Source of the DNA: Octopus sinensis
Lineage: Eukaryota
NCBI RefSeq assembly: GCF_006345805.1
Contig: NC_043017.1
Span: 806,001 to 870,000 of the forward strand
Direction: 5' to 3'
Length of the DNA: 64,000 nucleotides
Shown piece after piece: positions 55,465 through 64,000 of the stretch (its first letter is position 1; each line of letters starts with the position of its first letter). Both the position numbers and the translations under genes were made by a program. Below the pieces are notes generated by a model. The model made no database searches. It was given only the letters and a program-made list of their open reading frames with translations, and was not told the DNA's origin.

Positions 55465-55527
55465 AGATAACCGAAGAGATGGTGTTGTGGATTTCCACTT
55501 CGGCATCTGAAACTCAGAGTTTTATCT
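55465..55527 (+). ncRNA. type I hammerhead-like ribozyme motif in the pseudo-LTR (mirror copy on the minus strand at about 54089-54151)
   Basis: Stem I AGATAA(55465-70)/TTATCT(55522-27); core CCGAAGA...TGAAA; stem II GATG/CATC; stem III ACTC-A-GAGT; putative site GUU. The core is non-canonical (U4C, extra U) and activity is untested. Confidence 0.55.
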
Positions 55528-55549
55528 TGACTACCGAGTAATGTAACAT

Positions 55550-55591
<42 letters not shown>

Positions 55592-55651
55592 ATATTATAT
55601 ATATATATATTATTATATATATATATATATACATACATACATATATATATA

Positions 55652-55710
<59 letters not shown>

Positions 55711-56633
55711 CTCACACACCACATATATATGTGTTTGTGTGTTCCTAACGTGAGCGTCGCTTCTGCATTTTCAGGCAAGTTACGATTGAAGACACGATGG
55801 AATATACGCATGTATATATAAAGATTCCTGCCCTAGTGTATAACAGCGGAGGAAAAATATGCTAAATCGACAAAGAGGAAAAAATATGAAAGAAAAGAAG
55901 ACAACAAAAGAAATAAGTTATGTAAAAAGTAACAAAACCAACAAAAAGAGACAAGAAAAAATGAAAGAAAGGAGTAAAAATAATAGAATCACACACACAC
56001 ATACGCACACATGCAACCACACGCACACTCATACACATCTTTATATAATATGTAGACATGGTTATGATCGACGCTGTCACGTGATGAAGCAGAATTGAAT
56101 ATCCCGAACTCGAAAGTCCTATATTTATTATATAAGAAATTTGAAAATACTGTAAAATGCTGGAAATAATTGTCATTGATTAATTACCAATTATAACAGG
56201 ACACTGGAAAAAAATTGTTAGGTATAAATTATTCCGCATTACATGGTCCATTACTAATAAACTTATCCAATTATATATAAAAAAAAATTATATAAAATAA
56301 AATAGAAAAACATATAAAACATCTATCAGCTTTTCTTCAGATTGAGAATTAGTTATATATATTATTTTAATTATCATTATTTTAATATTAGATATTATTT
56401 ATATTATTTCAATACTAGGTCAATCCTCGGTTTGGAGAATTAGAAATACGAGACGTTTCACTTCTATTAGTAACTCGTGTTAGTAACGAAACGTATGTGA
56501 TGCAGAATACATAATACCAATAATTAAAAGAAAAAAATTTTAGTTACTTGTTTTAGTATATACCTAACTACATACGTACACATATACATACATACACACC
56601 TGTATATACACATAGACACACGTGTATATATTA

Positions 56634-56713
<80 letters not shown>

Positions 56714-57040
56714 TTTATATACATATATATATATACATATGTGTGTGTGAGTGTTTGTATATGTGAAGTTATATATTAGCATAATTTAGTATGTTGTTAA
56801 AACGTTATTGAATACGTATATGTATAGTATATTATTTAGAAACTTCCATAAGACTATGTTGAAAAGTCTGAGAGTGGTTCTGATTCTTTGGCACCCAATC
56901 TATCGTTTGCGAGATGGAGAGAATGCATGCCAGGAAATCGAATTTAAAATTCACTGGCAAACTTTTCCTTTTTCTCTGCATATGATTGGGTGCATGTGTA
57001 CATAAGTATAAGCACATACATGTGCGCGCACACACACATA

Positions 57041-57114
<74 letters not shown>

Positions 57115-58335
57115 TGTATATATATAAACATACATGTGTGTGGATTATGTATTTATGTATGTTTGACTGAAATTCATACATATATATACACACACTCACA
57201 CACACTCATAAGTGCATGAGAGTGTGTGCATAAAGACGTCTTTTCGTTGAAGGCTCTTTCTATTGAAAAGCTACACATATCAGGGATTCTATTTATGGAA
57301 ATCTTTTGGAGGATACAGCTAAAAAGACAGATGGGGAGAATCGCGTCACGATTCAACGTGACCTTCATAGGATTCTGTTGTATACCAAGCGTGCCTTTTC
57401 TCTATCAAAGATTTGTTCCGAAATGTCAATTTCGATTTCATGGAGGCTCATATATCTTCGACGACTCTGTAATCGAAGCTATTACGATATGATCGTTTGT
57501 TAGTTTGGGAGATAAATAAGAATTTGGATTGTTGCTTCAGCTGCTATTGCAGTGGTGACCGTTGTGATTGTTATTGTAATAACTTCAGTCTTGAACCAGC
57601 AGACATTATACAAAGACCGTCTGCCGAAAACACTTATTCTTTTATGTTAGGGTGTAATGGTGGTGGTTGTGGTTCTTTAAGCACTATTTCTAGGGTTATG
57701 TGGTTGAATTCTGCGCTCATTTTCAAACAGGGTAAAATAATTCAAAAGAAATCTCAGTTATTTCTAGAATATAGAACGATTTCTTACAAGTACAGTTTAA
57801 ACCCAGCTCAGCATCCCTATCTGGAATTACGTTCAGACATTATGCACACACTCTTATAAGTGGAGCATGGTATAGGATGGCATGGTGTACCTAGGACTAC
57901 ACGTCCTGATTTGAAAGAAACATTGCTAGAAATGTGGCGGCAAGATATTCTAAATCATGTATCTGCACAGGAGTAGGAAGTAAAGATGGTAATACTCTGA
58001 AATCGTCCTGGAGCCTGTGTATTTGTGTATGTGTGCGCGTATATCTATATTTATATGCTTATATATATATATATTTATATGTGTGTATATATATACTTGT
58101 ATACATATATTTATGGAGAGAGGCACAAAGAGAGTGGGAAACAGATAAAATGAGAAAGAGTGAGAGAGAGAGAGAGAGAGACCGTGACACACACACAAAC
58201 ACACACACAGAGAAAAATAAGAGAGAAGTGAATATAGTTGGACTTGAGAGAAAGAGACTAAGAAAGAAAGGAATACACCAATTGATTTGTGTGGATTCCA
58301 CAATTTTATGTGATGTGTCTGTTTGTCCGCACCCA

Positions 58336-58435
<100 letters not shown>

Positions 58436-59099
58436 TGTGTATGTATATCACGTCAAGGTTTATATTTATCAATTGTCTGAAGTATAATATAAATAGTATA
58501 AATAATTTATCGATATCGATTATGCCTTCAATTTAAGTCAACGTTTATCAGTTAATTGTCTAACATATAATAAAGATGTTGAATTATAATTGATAACGTC
58601 TTTGATTTCATTCGATAGGTCAGCATTCAATACTCCTATGAATAATATAAATGTTAGGCCGATAAAAGATTTACGTCGTATATTTGTTTCCATAGTTTAT
58701 CAGCGATTCGTCTTTTGAATAATATGAAGATTATGTTTGTTATAGATTATATCTCTGATTTGTTTCCATAGTTTATCAATCAATTGTCTTAGGACTAATA
58801 TAAACGTTGTATGTCCAAAAGATTATGTCGTCCATTAGAACTGTAATTTTTTTGTTTATTGTAGATTATGTCATGTATTTCGTTCCATAGTTTATCAGTG
58901 CTTTGTATTAGGGACGCTATAAATGTTGTGTGGATAGATGTCTCTCATCTCTTATTAACTGTCGTTTGGTGTGTGTCTGTCTGTATTGTAGATTAGGTCG
59001 TGTATTACGTTCAATAGAAATAATGTTACATAACTTAAATCTTAACAGAACCGTATGCTAGATAACGTTTTATAGTCGCTTATTAACTACCAACTCACC

Positions 59100-59190
59100 C
59101 TGTATTGGCAGAATCACGTACGGCATTACTTGCGACTCCTTACGTTCTGAGTTCAATTCTCACCGTGGTCAACTTTGCCTTTCATTCCTT
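59100..59190 (+). mobile_element. SINE family C fragment
   Basis: ttggcagaatc...tacgttctgagttcaattctcaccgtggtcaactttgcctttcattcctttc. Confidence 0.75.
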
Positions 59191-59229
59191 TCTTGCCTAT
59201 GTGTTCCTCTTTGAGTTCTAAGATTATTC

Positions 59230-59360
59230 CTTTCTTTCGGAGAGCATATCCTTGAAACGTAAAAGAATTTTCTATTTTTCACGAGCATCAAACTAATACA
59301 CTCGCTTGTTCTTCCTGCACTTGGGTTCGTCTTTGTTTTCTATAAATGTAAAATACATAC
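59230..59360 (+). mobile_element. decayed Penelope-like tail, 3' end at (TA)n
   Basis: TTCTTT...GAGC...GAAA-CG-TA-AAAGAA retains stem I and the right half of the hammerhead-like core. Confidence 0.45.
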
Positions 59361-59376
59361 AACATATATATATAAT

Positions 59377-59423
<47 letters not shown>

Positions 59424-59426
<3 letters not shown>

Positions 59427-59590
59427 TAATCCAAACAAGAAAGCACAAAAAAACACAACAACGCGAGGACGTGGAACAAATATAGTATTATTGGATGCTC
59501 AGGAAAGAAGGAGGGTTTAACGTTTCCAGCGGAGCACTTCGTCGGAAACATAGGAGAAGGAAAGATCCAGAGAAGGGAAGACAGAGAAGG
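59424..59590 (-). mobile_element. short Penelope-like tail with hammerhead-like motif, 3' end at (TA)n
   Basis: Minus 59549-59515 reads GTTT-CCGACGA-A-GTGC-TCC-GCTG-GAAA-CGTT-AAAC; homologous to 34514-34712. Confidence 0.65.
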
Positions 59591-60308
59591 ATCGTTAATC
59601 TAAATATTGATCTTTTCAAGTGGCCAGCATGGTAATAGAAATCTTCAAAGAAATAATTATTATTAAAATTATAATTTAGGGTATCTCAGAGATACCAACA
59701 CGCTGGAAATAGCAGCTAAAACTTGACTCGAAAACCACATATATCTGTGTGTTTGTCTCTGCAGTTGTCCCCACTACTGCTATACATCAGCTTGTGGTTT
59801 GTCTACGTCCCGTTATCTGACTGTTTTGGTGCATGAAAACAATAGAGTAACCACTAGACTTAAAACAAAAGGGCTGCGCTCGATTCCTTCGACTAAAGCC
59901 CTTGAACATGGTTTGCCAGTATGGCTCTAGTTTAGTGACGGAAATTTTTTTTTTTTAAATTGCTCTTTTACAACATCAAGAATTCCTTCTTATCTTATTC
60001 CTGATTACTGTCTGCCAATGTCGGTGTATCATCATAAACGACACTTATCAAATAATAGTTCCGTTGCGTCACATTAAAGAGATTCACAAAGAGCATCTAG
60101 AATTCAAAAGCTAAGGGAGTTATACAAATCGGATAGAATCATATAAATCTTTGAAAATGTAGGATTTTCAGTGATCCAAAACTGTCCTATATTTTTTTAT
60201 TGTTATAACTGATATATTAAATACGAAAACATCAGTTGGTGTTTATTTTTCCTCAAAATAAGAGGAATAAGAATAATGACAACAACGACGACGACAATAA
60301 TAATAATG

Positions 60309-60373
<65 letters not shown>

Positions 60374-60374
<1 letters not shown>

Positions 60375-61203
60375 CAAGAAACTACCAGGCCAACATATTA
60401 AAGATCAGAAGCAGTCCAACGTGTCGTGTATGCCAGCAACAAAATGAAACCATTGATCATGTGGTCTCCAAGTGCAGTCTTCTAGCGCCTACAGAGTATC
60501 TCAACAGACACGATAGAGCTGCACAATATATTCACTGGGTAATCTGAAAAAACCTGGATTTGCCCAATGAAAAAAACTGGTGGGAACACAAACCACCCCC
60601 AGTGCTTGAAAATGACCAGATCTCACTCCTCTGGAACTTCACCATTCAAACTGACAGAAAAATAGATGCAAATAGGCCAGCCATCATATTGAAAGACTTC
60701 AAACAAAGAACATGCCTCCTCATTGATATGACTGTCCCAATCGATATAAACGTATCTGTCAAGACCTACCAAAAACTGAGCAAATATAAAGATCTTGAAA
60801 TAGAAATCAGCAAAATGTGGAACCTGAAGACTAAAACAATACCTGTTGTCATAGGTGCCCTGGGAATGATAGCAAAAGGGGCTGATAGCTACCTAACTCA
60901 GATACCAGGAAACCCCCAAATGGCAGAAATTCAAAAGATAGTGCTCATGGGAATTGCTCATATCCTACGCAAAATACTTTCTATGTAATCTCAAAGGTTT
61001 AAAACAAACATAATTTTCGGTTTAAAAAAAAAAAACAACTTTTTTTTAGACATTCATTAGTACAACACCAAAAACTCTCCCCCCCAAAAAATATATGGCA
61101 CACTAGGCATAACAACAACATGAACTTACAACCTGTTGTCTCTTGAGGTCTCTGGGTGAGACTTGGAGCCAACTTGTACAAATATAAAGCAAAAGTCAAA
61201 CAG
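60374..61203 (+). mobile_element. 5'-truncated R4/Dong-like non-LTR retrotransposon (CCHC knuckle, RLE, 3' UTR) in (AAT)n
   Basis: One frame 60374-60988 with a single stop (60545): CRVCQQQNETIDHVVSKC, RHD, NRPAIIL..LLIDMTVP..K..KY.DL, IPVVIGALG; catalytic RPD reads RPA; flanked by a 26-bp direct repeat. Confidence 0.92.
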
Positions 61204-61812
61204 AATAATAATAATAATAAAACAAGAAAACATTCATCTGGCTACAAATTTTTTGCCGCCACAAAATCCACAAAAATAATCTGTGAAAAAACAGAAGACA
61301 AACAAACACAACCGGCCAGAAGAAAGCAAGCCATCAAACAGGTAGCATGCTGTAATTATATATTTATTTGTGAATAAACACCAACATATGTTAACACAAA
61401 CATTAAAAGCTCGTCACAAAACCAGCAGATAGACATGTTAATGAATCGTTGATATTAGCTTTGCCAACATTCATCAAAGGACACGATGTCTGAAAAAGCC
61501 GCCGTTGCCAGCGTCGCAGTCGGTTTTAACATTGAAACTGAACTGTGGAGATCGAAGATGACGCTGACGACGACAACAACAACGACAGAGTCGGTTTCTT
61601 GAAATAAAAATAAGCAAAACAGCCCCCCCCCCCCCCCCACAAAAAAAAAAACAAAAAACAAATGAGACCAAAATGAAACGTGGTGAGCGTAGTGTTGTTG
61701 TTAGTGTCGATGGTGAACTTTGAAAGATAATGATTCTCTACTAAACCAGGATGAGGAGATGTGTGACAAATCAAGCAACTACTAATCAACAACAATAACA
61801 ACAACAACAACA

Positions 61813-61858
<46 letters not shown>

Positions 61859-61859
61859 T

Positions 61860-61890
<31 letters not shown>

Positions 61891-62003
61891 GCTGCTGCTG
61901 CCGGTGCAGCCACTACTTCCACTACTATCATCACTACGCCGGAACGAACGATGGTATTCTTGCTTCTAATACTGCTGTTGTTTCCGCGCTTCCACTTCTA
62001 CTT

Positions 62004-62038
<35 letters not shown>

Positions 62039-62077
62039 ATTACTACTACTACTGCTACTACAAGATACCCTACTGCT

Positions 62078-62443
62078 TGTAGGGTATCTTGTGTCTCCCA
62101 TTATGAAGTTAAATCGTGTCCAAGTCGAAGACAAAGTGAGATAACAAACCCGAATAACATTTATTTACAGGCTCGAAGTTTCGCTCTCGTTAACCATCTC
62201 TAGCGTAGTGTATTGTTCTCCGTGTTGTGTGTGAGAGGCAGCGAGACGAGCTGCTTCTAGCGTGAGAGGCGTTCGGGGAACAGAGAGAATAAACAAGCTC
62301 AAGAGCTGTCTTAGGTGTCCTTCTCGAAAGGCTTACTGTCTCGTTGTGCATGCCCACCGGGAATTTTTGAGATCACGCTCCGGTCTCGAGCAGCTAATGG
62401 CTGCCAGCGAGATCTTAATATGGCGCGTCTGTGCGATACTACA
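62078..62443 (-). mobile_element. probable LTR (366 bp) with upstream polypurine tract
   Basis: Minus strand: G10-ctt, then TGTAGTATC...AATAAA...GATACCCTACA (TG...CA, imperfect terminal inverted repeat). No TSD or internal ORF seen. Confidence 0.6.
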
Positions 62444-62499
62444 AAGCCCCCCCCCCCTGAGAAGTCAGGTTCAAAATTAAAAAGTTGTAGGAGAGCACA

Positions 62500-62710
<211 letters not shown>

Positions 62711-63229
62711 CAGAGATGCACGTATATATAGTTGCATAAGAGCCAATATGCTATTGGACCTGACATACGGATTTGATGTTGTCAATTTATGCCTATAGTT
62801 GAGCACGGTGTAATAAATTTACACGGCACAAGACACCCGGGTTTATAGCCTGTTTCCTGACCGTTTTCCCGTTGATAGGTAGCAGCAGCAGCGGCGGCGG
62901 CAAAGAGAAATATTGAGAAGAGTCACGAAGCTGCTGCCATTACGTAACACTGTGTTCCAGACGAACGAGCGGAAGAGAGATGAGTTGGTTCAATGGTGGG
63001 TATTCATACTTGATACAGGCACAGACAAAAATTCTGCAGAAACCTGCAAAAACTTACTCGGTACATCTCACGCGCTCTCTCTAATACACACACACACACA
63101 CACATGCACCCACACACACACAAACACACACACACAAACACACACACACACACACATATGCATGCAGGCTGATGGAAAAACTTGTATATACGAGTGTGTA
63201 CCTCTGCACACCTATGCAACTACGTCTGT

Positions 63230-63234
63230 AAACA

Positions 63235-63310
<76 letters not shown>

Positions 63311-63333
63311 TACATATATATATATATACATAC

Positions 63334-63365
<32 letters not shown>

Positions 63366-63689
63366 GTGTGTGTGGTGTGTGTATATATACACGTATGTGA
63401 GTCTGTATCCACATGTATGTATTAAATTATATATAAAAATATGCATAAAGCATTTGGTTATATGTGTGTGTATGAGTGCGTGTGTGTGTGTGTGACTGCG
63501 TGTGATGTGTGTGTGTATAACTGCGTTTGTGTCTGTGTGTGTTTCCTGTTCCAAATGGATATTTATGCCTATACATATGAGTGCAGGCTATGTAATTACG
63601 CATATTTTTTCCTTTTTCTCTTTCTTCTATATATACATAAGTACATGCATATAAACATACATATATACACATACATGTGTATATATGTG

Positions 63690-63785
<96 letters not shown>

Positions 63786-63829
63786 TGCATATATACATAC
63801 ATACGTATATATATATTATATATATACAC

Positions 63830-63864
<35 letters not shown>

Positions 63865-63888
63865 CATACATACACACATATATATATG

Positions 63889-63935
<47 letters not shown>

Positions 63936-63945
63936 TATATAAGCA
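63230..63945. repeat. compound (CT)/(TA)/(TG)/(GATA) microsatellite field
   Basis: Direct. Confidence 0.9.
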
Positions 63946-64000
63946 TATCTTTGGTGTGCGTGTATGCGTAATCATCGATGACTTCTTTGAGTGCGTGTTA

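Larger units (their letters stand above)
53991..55557 (+). mobile_element. Penelope-like retroelement, 5'-truncated, with inverted pseudo-LTR arms, inserted in (TA)n
   Basis: 54059-54345 is the reverse complement of 55271-55557 (3 mismatches seen); interior codes RT thumb and GIY-YIG; (TA)n on both outer sides. Confidence 0.92.

Noticed and set aside
60236-60373. Poly-Asn N-terminus as part of a real protein
   Set aside because: It is the (AAT)n target tract read in frame with the truncated LINE ORF; the start is TTG/GTG-type and upstream of the element.
60560-60988. Active standalone endonuclease gene
   Set aside because: It is a 5'-truncated retrotransposon piece with an in-frame stop upstream and the catalytic PD changed to PA.
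62880-63010. Exon reading QQQRRRQREILRRVTKLLPLRNTVF
   Set aside because: It starts in a CAG/CGG repeat, has no convincing acceptor tract, and matches no recognisable family.

Overview
AT-rich, microsatellite-saturated animal genomic DNA. The SINE families and repeat landscape suggest a coleoid cephalopod such as Octopus; this is inferred from recalled repeat families, not a database result. No intact multi-exon gene is recognisable, and almost all listed ORFs are translations of simple repeats or of one satellite. Main contents: (1) a 7.6-kb 40-bp tandem array (41844-49447) with linked variants and local higher-order repeats; (2) a young Penelope-like element (53991-55557; RT thumb plus GIY-YIG endonuclease) inserted in (TA)n, with 287-bp inverted arms, a nested perfect 45-bp inversion and a hammerhead-like fold in each arm; (3) several short (TA)n-abutting tails with minimal, dimer-type hammerhead-like motifs; (4) six fragments of R4/Dong-like restriction-like-endonuclease LINEs, most in (AAT)n tracts, one with a 26-bp target-site duplication; (5) about 25 tRNA-derived SINE copies, mariner remnants, an 87-bp mariner-type MITE, a probable LTR with polypurine tract and a Helitron-like element; (6) three low-confidence host-gene candidates and a 100-N gap. 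The best candidate for an under-described system is microsatellite-partitioned retroelements: ribozyme-bearing Penelope-type units in (TA)n and RLE LINEs in (AAT)n. Many repeat boundaries were read by eye and are approximate.
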